Of a stretch of DNA of 64,000 bases, positions 49,283 to 60,406 are shown piece by piece. The notes under the pieces were generated by a model that had not been told where the DNA came from, did not search any database, and saw nothing but the letters and a program-made list of their open reading frames with translations. The stretch comes from Escherichia coli. GTDB taxonomy: Bacteria > Pseudomonadota > Gammaproteobacteria > Enterobacterales > Enterobacteriaceae. The position numbers and the translations under genes were made by a program. Each line of letters begins with the position of its first letter. Position 1 is the first letter of the stretch. The stretch is taken from the NCBI RefSeq assembly GCF_041886205.1, contig NZ_CP169029.1; one strand, 5' to 3'.

Positions 49283-50140
49283 ATGTTGTACCTGACGAAA
49301 ATACGCAATGCGGAAAGTGAATTTACCGGGAACGAGCAAAAAATTGCTGACTTTCTGCGGGCCAACGTGAGTGAGCTGAAATCCGTCTCTTCGCGCAAGA
49401 TGGCGAAACAGCTCGGCATCAGTCAGTCGAGCATTGTGAAATTTGCCCAGAAGCTCGGCGCGCAAGGATTTACTGAATTGCGTATGGCGTTAATTGGCGA
49501 ATACAGTGCCAGCCGGGAGAAAACGAATGCCACGGCGCTGCACCTGCACAGTTCGATTACCAGTGATGATTCGCTGGAAGTGATTGCCCGCAAACTGAAT
49601 CGCGAAAAAGAGCTGGCGCTGGAGCAAACCTGTGCGTTGTTCGACTACGCGCGGCTGCAAAAAATCATTGAGGTCATCAGTAAAGCACCGTTTATCCAGA
49701 TAACTGGCCTGGGCGGGTCGGCGCTGGTGGGGCGCGATCTGTCGTTCAAACTGATGAAAATTGGCTATCGCGTGGCCTGCGAAGCCGACACGCACGTACA
49801 AGCCATCGTTTCCCAGGCGTTGAAAAAAGGCGATGTACAAATCGCTATCTCTTACAGCGGCAGTAAAAAAGAGATTGTCTTGTGCGCAGAAGCGGCACGA
49901 AAGCAGGGGGCAACGGTGATTGCCATTACTTCTCTGGCTGACTCTCCGCTGCGGCGGCTGGCGCATTTCACGCTCGATACCGTTTCCGGTGAAACCGAAT
50001 GGCGTAGCTCGTCGATGTCTACCCGCACGGCGCAAAATTCTGTTACCGATTTACTGTTTGTTGGTCTTGTGCAACTCAATGATGTGGAGTCATTGAAAAT
50101 GATTCAGCGCAGCAGTGAGCTAACACAACGCCTGAAATGA
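49283..50140 (+). CDS. murR: RpiR-family transcriptional repressor MurR
   Basis: 285 aa; N-terminal HTH plus SIS domain; divergent from murQ. Confidence 0.92.
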   Translation: MLYLTKIRNAESEFTGNEQKIADFLRANVSELKSVSSRKMAKQLGISQSSIVKFAQKLGAQGFTELRMALIGEYSASREKTNATALHLHSSITSDDSLEVIARKLNREKELALEQTCALFDYARLQKIIEVISKAPFIQITGLGGSALVGRDLSFKLMKIGYRVACEADTHVQAIVSQALKKGDVQIAISYSGSKKEIVLCAEAARKQGATVIAITSLADSPLRRLAHFTLDTVSGETEWRSSSMSTRTAQNSVTDLLFVGLVQLNDVESLKMIQRSSELTQRLK

Positions 50141-50268
50141 TGCATAAAGCAGCGACTGGATTGAGATTTTCCTGAATTAGTGAGCTGATCCGCAGCAATA
50201 TTTTGTTTATCCTGTATTTTCAGAGGGAATGGAGTGTAACGCTCTGTATTAACAAGGAGAGCATTAAA

Positions 50269-51060
50269 ATGGGTAAACTCACGGGCAAGACAGCACTGAT
50301 TACGGGCGCATTGCAGGGAATTGGCGAAGGAATTGCCAGAACTTTTGCGCGTCATGGCGCAAACCTAATCTTGCTGGATATCTCCCCTGAGATCGAAAAG
50401 CTGGCGGATGAACTGTGTGGTCGTGGTCATCGCTGTACGGCGGTTGTCGCCGATGTGCGTGACCCGGCGTCGGTAGCCGCAGCTATTAAGTGCGCGAAGG
50501 AAAAAGAAGGGCGCATTGATATCCTGGTGAATAACGCAGGCGTTTGTCGTCTGGGCAGTTTCCTCGATATGAGCGATGAAGATCGCGATTTCCATATTGA
50601 TATCAATATTAAAGGCGTATGGAACGTCACGAAGGCGGTGCTGCCGGAGATGATTGCGCGCAAAGATGGTCGCATTGTGATGATGTCTTCAGTCACTGGT
50701 GATATGGTGGCCGATCCGGGTGAAACGGCGTACGCCTTAACGAAAGCGGCGATTGTTGGCCTGACAAAATCGCTGGCGGTGGAGTACGCGCAATCCGGTA
50801 TTCGCGTTAACGCCATCTGCCCGGGATACGTCCGCACGCCAATGGCGGAAAGCATTGCCCGCCAGTCGAACCCGGAAGATCCAGAGTCGGTGCTGACTGA
50901 TATGGCAAAAGCAATCCCGCTGCGTCGCCTCGCCGATCCGCTGGAAGTCGGCGAACTGGCGGCCTTCCTCGCATCGGATGAATCCAGCTATTTAACCGGT
51001 ACACAGAATGTGATTGATGGCGGCAGCACACTGCCGGAGACGGTCAGCGTCGGTATCTGA
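50269..51060 (+). CDS. ucpA: Short-chain dehydrogenase/reductase UcpA
   Basis: 263 aa from MGKLTGKTALITGALQGIG (Rossmann TGxxxGxG), AAGGAGA RBS; ORF track extends upstream. Confidence 0.9.
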   Translation: MGKLTGKTALITGALQGIGEGIARTFARHGANLILLDISPEIEKLADELCGRGHRCTAVVADVRDPASVAAAIKCAKEKEGRIDILVNNAGVCRLGSFLDMSDEDRDFHIDINIKGVWNVTKAVLPEMIARKDGRIVMMSSVTGDMVADPGETAYALTKAAIVGLTKSLAVEYAQSGIRVNAICPGYVRTPMAESIARQSNPEDPESVLTDMAKAIPLRRLADPLEVGELAAFLASDESSYLTGTQNVIDGGSTLPETVSVGI

Positions 51061-51217
51061 TTCACCTCTGTTTCCTCCCTGCATGTGTGGGGAGGATTTC
51101 GTCTTATTCCCTTTTCAACTTCCAAATCACCAAACGGTATATAAAACCGTTACTCCTTTCACGTCCGTTATAAATATGATGGCTATTAGAAAGTCATTAA
51201 ATTTATAAGGGTGCGCA

Positions 51218-52234
51218 ATGGCCGTTAACTTACTGAAAAAGAACTCACTCGCGCTGGTCGCTTCTCTGCTGCTGGCGGGCCATGTACAGGCAACGGAACT
51301 GCTGAACAGTTCTTATGACGTCTCCCGCGAGCTGTTTGCCGCCCTGAACCCGCCGTTTGAACAGCAATGGGCCAAAGATAACGGCGGCGACAAACTGACG
51401 ATAAAACAATCTCATGCCGGGTCATCAAAACAGGCGCTGGCAATTTTGCAGGGCTTAAAAGCCGACGTTGTCACTTATAACCAGGTGACCGACGTACAAA
51501 TTCTGCACGACAAAGGCAAGCTTATCCCGGCTGACTGGCAGTCGCGCCTGCCGAATAATAGCTCGCCGTTCTACTCCACCATGGGCTTCCTGGTGCGTAA
51601 GGGCAACCCGAAGAATATCCACGACTGGAACGACCTGGTGCGCTCCGACGTGAAGCTGATTTTCCCGAACCCGAAAACGTCGGGTAACGCGCGTTACACC
51701 TATTTAGCCGCGTGGGGCGCAGCGGATAAAGCTGACGGTGGCGATAAAGCCAAAACCGAACAGTTTATGACTCAGTTCCTGAAAAACGTTGAAGTGTTCG
51801 ATACCGGCGGTCGTGGCGCGACCACCACTTTTGCCGAGCGCGGCCTGGGCGATGTGCTGATCAGCTTCGAGTCGGAAGTGAACAACATCCGTAAACAGTA
51901 TGAAGCGCAGGGCTTTGAAGTGGTGATTCCGAAAACCAACATTCTGGCGGAATTCCCGGTGGCGTGGGTCGATAAAAACGTGCAGGCCAATGGTACGGAA
52001 AAAGCAGCAAAAGCCTACCTGAACTGGCTCTACAGCCCGCAGGCGCAGACCATCATCACCGACTATTACTACCGCGTAAATAACCCGGAAGTCATGGACA
52101 AACTGAAAGATAAATTCCCGCAGACCGAACTGTTCCGCGTGGAAGACAAATTTGGCTCATGGCCGGAAGTGATGAAAACCCACTTCACCAGCGGCGGCGA
52201 GTTAGACAAGCTGTTAGCAGCGGGGCGTAAGTAA
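51218..52234 (+). CDS. cysP: Thiosulfate-binding periplasmic protein CysP
   Basis: 338 aa with signal peptide; recognised CysP. Confidence 0.92.
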   Translation: MAVNLLKKNSLALVASLLLAGHVQATELLNSSYDVSRELFAALNPPFEQQWAKDNGGDKLTIKQSHAGSSKQALAILQGLKADVVTYNQVTDVQILHDKGKLIPADWQSRLPNNSSPFYSTMGFLVRKGNPKNIHDWNDLVRSDVKLIFPNPKTSGNARYTYLAAWGAADKADGGDKAKTEQFMTQFLKNVEVFDTGGRGATTTFAERGLGDVLISFESEVNNIRKQYEAQGFEVVIPKTNILAEFPVAWVDKNVQANGTEKAAKAYLNWLYSPQAQTIITDYYYRVNNPEVMDKLKDKFPQTELFRVEDKFGSWPEVMKTHFTSGGELDKLLAAGRK

Positions 52235-53067
52235 TGTTTGCAGTTTCTTCAAGACGCGTGCTGCCGGGCTTTACTTTAAGCCTTGGCACCAGTCTGCTGT
52301 TTGTGTGCCTGATATTGCTGCTGCCGCTCTCTGCGCTGGTGATGCAGCTTTCTGAGATGAGCTGGGCGCAGTACTGGGAGGTGATCACCAACCCGCAGGT
52401 GGTCGCGGCCTACAAAGTGACGCTGCTGTCGGCGTTTGTGGCATCAATTTTTAACGGCGTTTTCGGCCTGCTGATGGCGTGGATTTTAACCCGTTATCGC
52501 TTTCCGGGCCGCACGCTGCTTGATGCGCTGATGGATTTACCCTTTGCGCTGCCAACGGCAGTCGCCGGTTTAACGCTGGCCTCGCTCTTTTCCGTGAACG
52601 GTTTTTACGGTGAATGGCTGGCGAAGTTTGATATCAAAGTCACCTATACCTGGCTTGGTATTGCGGTGGCGATGGCTTTTACCAGTATTCCGTTTGTGGT
52701 GCGTACCGTGCAGCCGGTGCTGGAAGAGTTAGGCCCGGAATATGAAGAAGCGGCAGAAACGCTTGGCGCAACGCGCTGGCAGAGTTTCTGCAAAGTGGTG
52801 CTGCCGGAACTTTCTCCGGCGCTGGTGGCGGGCGTGGCGCTGTCGTTTACCCGTAGTCTTGGTGAGTTTGGCGCGGTGATATTTATCGCCGGGAACATCG
52901 CCTGGAAGACGGAAGTGACGTCGCTGATGATTTTTGTGCGCTTGCAGGAGTTTGATTACCCGGCGGCGAGCGCGATTGCTTCGGTGATCCTCGCGGCATC
53001 ACTGCTGCTGCTGTTCTCAATTAACACTCTGCAAAGTCGCTTTGGTCGGCGTGTGGTAGGTCATTAA
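52234..53067 (+). CDS. cysU: Sulfate/thiosulfate ABC transporter permease CysU (CysT)
   Basis: 277 aa; start overlaps cysP stop by 1 nt. Confidence 0.92.
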   Translation: MFAVSSRRVLPGFTLSLGTSLLFVCLILLLPLSALVMQLSEMSWAQYWEVITNPQVVAAYKVTLLSAFVASIFNGVFGLLMAWILTRYRFPGRTLLDALMDLPFALPTAVAGLTLASLFSVNGFYGEWLAKFDIKVTYTWLGIAVAMAFTSIPFVVRTVQPVLEELGPEYEEAAETLGATRWQSFCKVVLPELSPALVAGVALSFTRSLGEFGAVIFIAGNIAWKTEVTSLMIFVRLQEFDYPAASAIASVILAASLLLLFSINTLQSRFGRRVVGH

Positions 53068-53942
53068 TGGCGGAAGTTACCCAATTGAAGCGTTATGACG
53101 CGCGCCCGATTAACTGGGGCAAATGGTTTCTGATTGGCACCGGGATGCTGGTTTCGGCGTTCATCCTGCTGGTGCCGATGATTTACATCTTCGTGCAGGC
53201 ATTCAGCAAGGGGCTGATGCCGGTTTTACAGAATCTGGCCGATCCGGACATGCTGCACGCCATCTGGCTGACGGTGATGATCGCGCTGATTGCCGTACCG
53301 GTAAACCTGGTGTTCGGCATTCTGCTGGCCTGGCTGGTGACGCGCTTTAACTTCCCTGGACGCCAGTTACTGCTGACGCTACTGGACATTCCGTTTGCCG
53401 TATCGCCGGTGGTTGCCGGTCTGGTGTATCTGCTGTTCTACGGCTCTAACGGCCCGCTGGGCGGCTGGCTGGATGAACATAATCTGCAAATTATGTTCTC
53501 CTGGCCCGGAATGGTGCTGGTCACCATCTTTGTGACGTGTCCGTTTGTGGTGCGCGAGCTGGTGCCGGTGATGTTAAGCCAGGGCAGCCAGGAAGACGAA
53601 GCGGCGATTTTGCTTGGCGCGTCTGGCTGGCAGATGTTCCGTCGCGTCACATTGCCGAATATTCGCTGGGCGCTGCTTTATGGCGTGGTGCTGACCAACG
53701 CCCGCGCGATTGGCGAGTTTGGTGCAGTGTCGGTGGTTTCCGGCTCGATTCGCGGCGAAACACTTTCGCTGCCGTTACAGATTGAATTGCTGGAGCAGGA
53801 CTACAACACCGTCGGCTCCTTTACCGCCGCCGCGCTGTTGACGCTGATGGCGATTATCACCCTGTTTTTAAAGAGTATGTTGCAGTGGCGCCTGGAGAAT
53901 CAGGAAAAACGCGCGCAGCAGGAGGAGCATCATGAGCATTGA
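53067..53942 (+). CDS. cysW: Sulfate/thiosulfate ABC transporter permease CysW
   Basis: 291 aa; start overlaps cysU stop by 1 nt. Confidence 0.92.
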   Translation: MAEVTQLKRYDARPINWGKWFLIGTGMLVSAFILLVPMIYIFVQAFSKGLMPVLQNLADPDMLHAIWLTVMIALIAVPVNLVFGILLAWLVTRFNFPGRQLLLTLLDIPFAVSPVVAGLVYLLFYGSNGPLGGWLDEHNLQIMFSWPGMVLVTIFVTCPFVVRELVPVMLSQGSQEDEAAILLGASGWQMFRRVTLPNIRWALLYGVVLTNARAIGEFGAVSVVSGSIRGETLSLPLQIELLEQDYNTVGSFTAAALLTLMAIITLFLKSMLQWRLENQEKRAQQEEHHEH

Positions 53943-55029
53943 GATTGCCAATATCAAGAAGTCTTTTGGTCGCACCCAGGTGCTGAATGATATCTCACTG
54001 GATATTCCTTCTGGTCAGATGGTCGCGCTGCTGGGGCCGTCCGGTTCCGGAAAAACCACGCTGCTGCGCATTATTGCCGGGCTGGAGCATCAAACCAGCG
54101 GGCATATTCGCTTCCACGGTACCGACGTGAGCCGCCTGCACGCACGCGATCGTAAAGTCGGTTTCGTGTTCCAGCATTACGCGCTGTTCCGTCATATGAC
54201 GGTGTTCGACAATATCGCTTTTGGCCTGACGGTGCTGCCACGTCGCGAGCGCCCGAATGCCGCAGCCATCAAAGCGAAAGTGACAAAATTGCTGGAGATG
54301 GTCCAGCTTGCCCATCTGGCGGATCGTTATCCGGCACAGCTTTCCGGCGGCCAGAAACAGCGCGTGGCGCTGGCGCGCGCGCTGGCTGTTGAACCGCAAA
54401 TTCTCCTGCTTGATGAACCGTTTGGCGCGCTGGATGCGCAGGTGCGTAAAGAGCTGCGTCGCTGGCTGCGTCAACTGCATGAAGAGCTGAAATTCACCAG
54501 CGTGTTCGTGACCCACGACCAGGAAGAAGCGACCGAAGTAGCTGATCGTGTAGTGGTGATGAGCCAGGGCAATATCGAGCAGGCTGATGCGCCGGACCAG
54601 GTATGGCGCGAACCAGCGACCCGATTTGTGCTCGAATTTATGGGCGAAGTGAACCGCCTGCAGGGAACCATTCGCGGCGGGCAGTTCCATGTTGGCGCAC
54701 ATCGCTGGCCGCTGGGGTATACGCCTGCGTATCAGGGGCCGGTGGATCTCTTCCTGCGCCCGTGGGAAGTGGATATCAGCCGCCGTACCAGTCTCGATTC
54801 GCCGCTGCCGGTACAGGTACTGGAAGCCAGCCCGAAAGGTCATTACACCCAATTAGTCGTGCAGCCGCTGGGGTGGTACAACGAACCGCTGACGGTTGTG
54901 ATGCATGGCGACGATGCCCCGCAGCGTGGCGAGCGTTTATTCGTTGGTCTGCAACATGCGCGGCTGTATAACGGCGACGAGCGTATCGAAACCCGCGATG
55001 AGGAACTTGCTCTCGCACAAAGCGCCTGA
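53932..55029 (+). CDS. cysA: Sulfate/thiosulfate ABC transporter ATP-binding protein CysA
   Basis: 365 aa; Walker [13 protein letters not shown] signature LSGGQKQR; overlaps cysW by 11 nt. Confidence 0.93.
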   Translation: MSIEIANIKKSFGRTQVLNDISLDIPSGQMVALLGPSGSGKTTLLRIIAGLEHQTSGHIRFHGTDVSRLHARDRKVGFVFQHYALFRHMTVFDNIAFGLTVLPRRERPNAAAIKAKVTKLLEMVQLAHLADRYPAQLSGGQKQRVALARALAVEPQILLLDEPFGALDAQVRKELRRWLRQLHEELKFTSVFVTHDQEEATEVADRVVVMSQGNIEQADAPDQVWREPATRFVLEFMGEVNRLQGTIRGGQFHVGAHRWPLGYTPAYQGPVDLFLRPWEVDISRRTSLDSPLPVQVLEASPKGHYTQLVVQPLGWYNEPLTVVMHGDDAPQRGERLFVGLQHARLYNGDERIETRDEELALAQSA

Positions 55030-55050
55030 TAGGTTGAGTGAATGTTAAAC

Positions 55051-55086
55051 GCCCGGAGGCGCTTCCCGCGATCCGGGCTTTTTAAT
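55051..55086 (+). terminator. Terminator-like hairpin between cysA and cysM
   Basis: gcccgga-(14-nt loop)-tccgggc followed by TTTTTAAT. Confidence 0.5.
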
Positions 55087-55100
55087 GGCAAGGTTTGTAA

Positions 55101-55140
55101 CCTGTAGACCTGATAAGACGCGCAAGCGTCGCATCAGGCA
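55101..55140. repeat. REP element between cysA and cysM
   Basis: cctgtagacctgataagacgcgcaagcgtcgcatcaggca, REP-like palindrome. Confidence 0.7.
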
Positions 55141-55162
55141 ACACCACGTATGGATAGAGATC

Positions 55163-56074
55163 GTGAGTACATTAGAACAAACAATAGGCAATACGCCTCT
55201 GGTAAAGTTGCAGCGAATGGGGCCGAATAACGGCAGTGAAGTGTGGTTGAAACTGGAAGGCAATAACCCGGCAGGTTCGGTGAAAGATCGTGCGGCACTT
55301 TCGATGATCGTCGAGGCGGAAAAGCGCGGGGAAATTAAACCGGGTAATGTGTTAATCGAAGCCACCAGTGGTAACACCGGCATTGCGCTGGCAATGATTG
55401 CCGCGCTTAAAGGCTATCGCATGAAATTGCTGATGCCCGACAACATGAGCCAGGAACGCCGTGCGGCGATGCGTGCTTATGGTGCGGAACTGATTCTTGT
55501 CACCAAAGAGCAGGGCATGGAAGGTGCGCGCGATCTGGCGCTGGAGATGGCGAATCGTGGTGAAGGAAAGCTGCTCGATCAGTTCAATAATCCCGATAAC
55601 CCTTACGCCCATTACACCACCACCGGGCCGGAAATCTGGCAGCAGACTGGCGGGCGCATTACCCATTTTGTCTCCAGCATGGGAACAACCGGCACTATCA
55701 CCGGCGTGTCACGCTTTATGCGCGAACAATCCAAACCGGTGACCATTGTTGGCCTGCAGCCGGAAGAAGGCAGCAGTATTCCGGGCATTCGCCGCTGGCC
55801 TGCGGAATATCTGCCGGGGATTTTCAATGCTTCTCTGGTGGATGAGGTGCTGGATATTCATCAGCGCGATGCGGAAAACACCATGCGCGAACTGGCTGTG
55901 CGGGAAGGAATATTCTGTGGCGTCAGCTCCGGCGGCGCGGTTGCCGGAGCACTGCGGGTGGCAAAAGCTAACCCTGGTGCGGTGGTGGTAGCGATCATCT
56001 GCGATCGTGGCGATCGCTACCTTTCCACCGGGGTGTTTGGGGAAGAGCATTTTAGTCAGGGGGCGGGGATTTAA
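55163..56074 (+). CDS. cysM: Cysteine synthase B (O-acetylserine sulfhydrylase B)
   Basis: 303 aa from the GTG at 55163 (annotated N-terminus MSTLEQTIGNTPLVKL); PLP-lysine motif SVKDRAA; ORF track extends upstream into the REP region. Confidence 0.9.
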   Translation: MSTLEQTIGNTPLVKLQRMGPNNGSEVWLKLEGNNPAGSVKDRAALSMIVEAEKRGEIKPGNVLIEATSGNTGIALAMIAALKGYRMKLLMPDNMSQERRAAMRAYGAELILVTKEQGMEGARDLALEMANRGEGKLLDQFNNPDNPYAHYTTTGPEIWQQTGGRITHFVSSMGTTGTITGVSRFMREQSKPVTIVGLQPEEGSSIPGIRRWPAEYLPGIFNASLVDEVLDIHQRDAENTMRELAVREGIFCGVSSGGAVAGALRVAKANPGAVVVAIICDRGDRYLSTGVFGEEHFSQGAGI

Positions 56075-56076
56075 GA

Positions 56077-56445
56077 TTATTGCGCAGGCACTGTTTTATC
56101 CGTCTGCGCAATTAACGCATGTAAAAAAAGCTGTGCATTCTCATCGCTCTTACCGGGCATCTTCACGATATACGGCTTCCCGGTAATCGATGATGACGAA
56201 GCAACCTTGTCAATAAACTGCTCGGCAGTGTCAATGCGGTTACGGGTATTGCTGAGCTTCAGACGCAGGTGGGAAACCGCTTCATCGCAGGTATGTTCAT
56301 CGCCGTTGCGCACAAATATCAAATCCTTTTTCTGTGCTAATCCCTCCAGCATGGCGTTGATGCGGGCTTCTTCATGGGCAGTTAACTTCGCGTAAGCGGG
56401 GAGTGTCATTAGTAGTGTAATGACCAGACAAATGATTTTCTTCAT
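56077..56445 (-). CDS. yfeK: Uncharacterised secreted protein YfeK (DUF5329-like)
   Basis: 122 aa with signal peptide [19 protein letters not shown]; convergent with cysM, stops 2 bp apart. Confidence 0.8.
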   Translation of the reverse strand: MKKIICLVITLLMTLPAYAKLTAHEEARINAMLEGLAQKKDLIFVRNGDEHTCDEAVSHLRLKLSNTRNRIDTAEQFIDKVASSSSITGKPYIVKMPGKSDENAQLFLHALIAQTDKTVPAQ

Positions 56446-56470
56446 TGAATTACCTTATCCTTGTTTTGTG

Positions 56471-56536
<66 letters not shown>

Positions 56537-56549
56537 GAGAAAAAATTAA

Positions 56550-57401
56550 ATGAGTAGTTTGTTGTTGTTTAACGATAAGAGCAGGGCACTGCAGGCGGAT
56601 ATCGTCGCCGTGCAGTCGCAGGTAGTGTACGGCAGCGTAGGCAACAGCATTGCCGTGCCTGCTATCAAACAGAACGGCCTGAATGTCTTTGCCGTGCCGA
56701 CGGTATTGCTGAGCAATACGCCGCATTATGACACTTTCTACGGTGGTGCGATTCCGGATGAATGGTTTAGCGGCTATTTGCGTGCACTTCAGGAGCGTGA
56801 TGCGCTGCGCCAACTTCGTGCTGTAACCACGGGCTATATGGGAACGGCATCGCAAATCAAAATCCTTGCCGAGTGGCTGACTGCGCTACGCAAAGACCAT
56901 CCTGACCTATTGATCATGGTCGATCCGGTGATTGGCGATATTGATAGCGGAATTTATGTCAAACCTGACCTTCCCGAGGCGTATCGACAATATTTACTGC
57001 CGCTGGCGCAGGGAATTACCCCCAATATCTTTGAGCTGGAAATCCTGACCGGTAAAAATTGCCGCGATCTCGACAGTGCCATTGCTGCCGCAAAAAGTCT
57101 GCTTTCAGACACATTAAAATGGGTGGTGATTACCAGCGCCTCCGGTAATGAAGAAAATCAGGAGATGCAGGTTGTGGTGGTCACTGCCGACAGCGTGAAT
57201 GTCATTTCCCATTCACGGGTAAAAACCGACCTGAAAGGGACTGGCGACCTGTTTTGTGCTCAGCTTATCAGTGGTTTGCTGAAAGGGAAGGCATTAAACG
57301 ATGCGGTGCACCGCGCGGGGTTGCGCGTACTGGAAGTGATGCGCTACACCCAGCAGCATGAGAGCGATGAATTGATTTTGCCGCTGCTGGCGGAAGCATA
57401 A
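56550..57401 (+). CDS. pdxK: Pyridoxal/pyridoxine/pyridoxamine kinase
   Basis: 283 aa ribokinase-fold protein; recognised PdxK. Confidence 0.92.
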   Translation: MSSLLLFNDKSRALQADIVAVQSQVVYGSVGNSIAVPAIKQNGLNVFAVPTVLLSNTPHYDTFYGGAIPDEWFSGYLRALQERDALRQLRAVTTGYMGTASQIKILAEWLTALRKDHPDLLIMVDPVIGDIDSGIYVKPDLPEAYRQYLLPLAQGITPNIFELEILTGKNCRDLDSAIAAAKSLLSDTLKWVVITSASGNEENQEMQVVVVTADSVNVISHSRVKTDLKGTGDLFCAQLISGLLKGKALNDAVHRAGLRVLEVMRYTQQHESDELILPLLAEA

Positions 57402-57430
57402 AAAAATGGCGCCGATGGGCGCCATTTTTC
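57400..57430. terminator. Bidirectional rho-independent terminator (pdxK / crr)
   Basis: AAAAAAatggcgcc-gatg-ggcgccatTTTTT perfect stem flanked by A-run and T-run. Confidence 0.85.
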
Positions 57431-57443
57431 ACTGCGGCAAGAA

Positions 57444-57953
57444 TTACTTCTTGATGCGGATAACCGGGGTTTCACCCACAGTCACGCTACCGGACAGTTT
57501 GATCAGTTCTTTGATTTCGTCCATGTTGGAGATAACAACCGGAGTCAGGGTAGACTTGGCTTTCTCTTCCAGCAGCGGCAGATCAAATTCAATGACAGTA
57601 TCGCCAACTTTCACGCGCTGACCTTCTTCAGCAATACGCTTGAAGCCTTCGCCTTTCAGTTCAACGGTGTCGATACCGAAGTGGACGAACAGTTCAACGC
57701 CGCTATCAGATTCGATAGAGAATGCGTGGTTGGTTTCAAAGATTTTACCAATGGTGCCGTCTACAGGCGCGACCATTTTGTTACCCGTTGGTTTGATAGC
57801 AATACCATCACCAACGATTTTTTCCGCAAAAACGACATCCGGCACGTCTTCGATATTGACGATCTCGCCAGAGAGCGGAGCAATGATCTCAATAGTTCCG
57901 GTATCCTTCTTGTCGTCGGAAACCAGAGATTTCAGTTTATCGAACAAACCCAT
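57444..57953 (-). CDS. crr: PTS glucose-specific EIIA component
   Basis: 169 aa; recognised EIIA-Glc. Confidence 0.95.
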
Positions 57954-57993
57954 GATCTTCTCCTAAGCAGTAAATTGGGCCGCATCTCGTGGA

Positions 57994-59721
57994 TTAGCAG
58001 ATTGTTTTTTCTTCAATGAACTTGTTAACCAGCGTCATTAACTCGTCCGTTGTCGGTTGAGCAAGAGCCTGCTCTGCTAACACCTTCGCATCTTCGAAGT
58101 TCGTGTTACGGATAATCTTCTTAATGCGCGGGATAGAAATGGCGCTCATAGAGAATTCGTCCAGACCCATCCCCAGCAACAGAAGTGTAGCACGTTCATC
58201 GCCAGCAAGCTCACCACACATGCCAGTCCATTTGCCTTCAGCATGAGAAGCATCAATAACTTGCTTGATCAAGTTCAGCACGGACGGTGACATTGGCTGG
58301 TAAAGGTGTGAAATCATATCATTACCACGGTCAACTGCCAGAGTGTACTGCGTTAAATCATTGGTGCCGATACTAAAGAAATCAACTTCTTTGGCTAAAT
58401 GACGTGCAATTGTTGCGGCAGCCGGTGTTTCCACCATTACGCCGATTTCAATTGACTCGTCAAACGCTTTACCTTCGTCGCGCAGTTCCTGTTTGTAGAT
58501 TTCAATCTCTTTGCGCAGTGTACGCACTTCTTCAACAGAGATGATCATCGGGAACATAATGCGCAATTTACCGAAAGCCGAGGCACGCAGGATAGCGCGG
58601 AGCTGATCGCGCAGGATCTCTTTACGATCCATCGCGATACGGATAGCGCGCCAGCCGAGGAACGGGTTCTCTTCTTTCGGGAAGTTCATGTATGGCAGCT
58701 CTTTGTCGCCGCCGATGTCCATGGTACGAACGATAACCGCCTGCGAGCCACACGCTTCAGCCACTGCTTTGTAAGCAGCAAACTGTTCTTCTTCAGTGGG
58801 CAGCGCGTCGCGGTCCATGAACAGGAACTCAGTACGATACAGACCAACGCCTTCAGCGCCGTTACGCTCTGCACCTTCAACGTCACGAACCGTACCAATG
58901 TTAGCGCACACTTCTACCTGGTGACCGTCCAGCGTAATAGCTGGCAGATCTTTCAGTTTAGCAAGCTCTGCTTTTTCAGAAGCCACTTGCTCCTGAACAG
59001 CGCGCATTTTATCAATAACTTCGTTGGTTGGATTGACGTAAACCTGATTATTTACGGCATCCAGAATCAGATAGTCGTCATTTTTCACCTGAGAGGTGAC
59101 GCTACCGGTACCCACGATAGCAGGCAGTTCCAGAGAACGCGCCATGATAGAGGTGTGGGAAGTACGGCCACCCGCGTCGGTGATGAAACCCAGCACCTTC
59201 TTCAGGTTCAGCTGTGCGGTTTCGGACGGCGTCAGGTCAGCGGCAACCAGAATGACTTCATCCTGAATGGCGCTCAGGTCGATAATCTTCAGGCCCAGGA
59301 TGTTGCGCAGCAGGCGCTTACCGATATCACGTACGTCAGCCGCACGTTCTTTCAGGTATTCATCATCCAGCTCTTCCAGGGCAGAAGCCTGACCTTCGAT
59401 AACTTCATGAGCAGCTGCGTCAGCTGTCATGTGCTTATCTTTAATCAGGGCTATGATTTCCTGCTCCAGCTCCTCATCTTCGAGCAGCATAATATGCCCT
59501 TCAAAGATGGCTTCTTTTTCTTCACCGAACGTTTCACCAGCTTTCGTTTTGATCGTTTCCAGCTGGGCTGATGCCTTGGCACGACCGCTCAGAAAACGTT
59601 CAACTTCCTGATCAACCTGGTCGGCAGAAATTTTTTTCCGGTCAATGACAATTTCGTCTTCTTTCAGAAGCAGAGCTTTACCGAAAGCGATACCCGGGGA
59701 TGCTAAAATGCCTGAAATCAT
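57994..59721 (-). CDS. ptsI: PTS Enzyme I (phosphoenolpyruvate-protein phosphotransferase)
   Basis: 575 aa; recognised Enzyme I. Confidence 0.95.
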   Translation of the reverse strand: MISGILASPGIAFGKALLLKEDEIVIDRKKISADQVDQEVERFLSGRAKASAQLETIKTKAGETFGEEKEAIFEGHIMLLEDEELEQEIIALIKDKHMTADAAAHEVIEGQASALEELDDEYLKERAADVRDIGKRLLRNILGLKIIDLSAIQDEVILVAADLTPSETAQLNLKKVLGFITDAGGRTSHTSIMARSLELPAIVGTGSVTSQVKNDDYLILDAVNNQVYVNPTNEVIDKMRAVQEQVASEKAELAKLKDLPAITLDGHQVEVCANIGTVRDVEGAERNGAEGVGLYRTEFLFMDRDALPTEEEQFAAYKAVAEACGSQAVIVRTMDIGGDKELPYMNFPKEENPFLGWRAIRIAMDRKEILRDQLRAILRASAFGKLRIMFPMIISVEEVRTLRKEIEIYKQELRDEGKAFDESIEIGVMVETPAAATIARHLAKEVDFFSIGTNDLTQYTLAVDRGNDMISHLYQPMSPSVLNLIKQVIDASHAEGKWTGMCGELAGDERATLLLLGMGLDEFSMSAISIPRIKKIIRNTNFEDAKVLAEQALAQPTTDELMTLVNKFIEEKTIC

Positions 59722-59765
59722 AACCCTACCTTACTTGTGACTGATTTTTAAAAGAACCCGGGAAA

Positions 59766-60023
59766 TTACTCGAGTTCCGCCATCAGTTTAACCAGATGTT
59801 CAACCGCTTTCTGCTCGTCTTCGCCTTCTGCGGAGATAGTCACAACGGTACCTTGAGTCAGGCCCAGAGTCTGCAGTTTAAACAGGCTTTTCGCGCTGGC
59901 GCTTTTGCCGTTGGAAGTCACAGTAATTTCAGAAGTGAAGCCCTTAGCTTCTTTTACAAACTGGGCAGCAGGGCGGGTGTGCAGACCGTTCGGAGCGGTA
60001 ATGGTAACTTCTTGCTGGAACAT
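59766..60023 (-). CDS. ptsH: PTS phosphocarrier protein HPr
   Basis: 85 aa [27 protein letters not shown] with active-site His15. Confidence 0.95.
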
Positions 60024-60355
60024 TGTATTTCCCCAACTTATAGGTTTAGTGTTGTGGAACTAAAGTCTAGTCTGGCGGTTCGACTTTAGCCTGGATAGTT
60101 AGCGCCAGTTTTTAACAGACGCGACGCACGAAGAGCGCAATACAGTCCATTGCTGGCGGGTGTTGACCGCTGACGTTTCGTACGTCATTAAACATTATGC
60201 CGCTAAAGGAAGAATTGAACCAAATCATAAAATCGATTCAGCTTTGGCTTTTCCTGTAACGATTAATTTCGCGCATCAAAATAATTAGTCTGGTTAAATA
60301 CCAGTTCCGACAGGCTGAATCAATGCCAGGAGGGGCGAAAGTTTGAAGCAGGCCA

Positions 60356-60386
60356 CAAAAAAGCACCTGAAAAGGTGCTTTTTTAC
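60356..60386. terminator. Bidirectional rho-independent terminator downstream of cysK
   Basis: AAAAAAgcacc-tgaaaa-ggtgcTTTTTT, about 20 bp past the cysK stop. Confidence 0.8.
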
Positions 60387-60406
60387 GCATTTTTAACAAG
60401 CTGGCA

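Noticed and set aside
60024-60406. Specific CRP and Mlc operator sites in the ptsH promoter region
   Set aside because: This region is known to hold the ptsHI-crr promoters with CRP and Mlc control, but I could not pin individual sites with confidence by eye, so only the flanking genes and the cysK terminator are reported.
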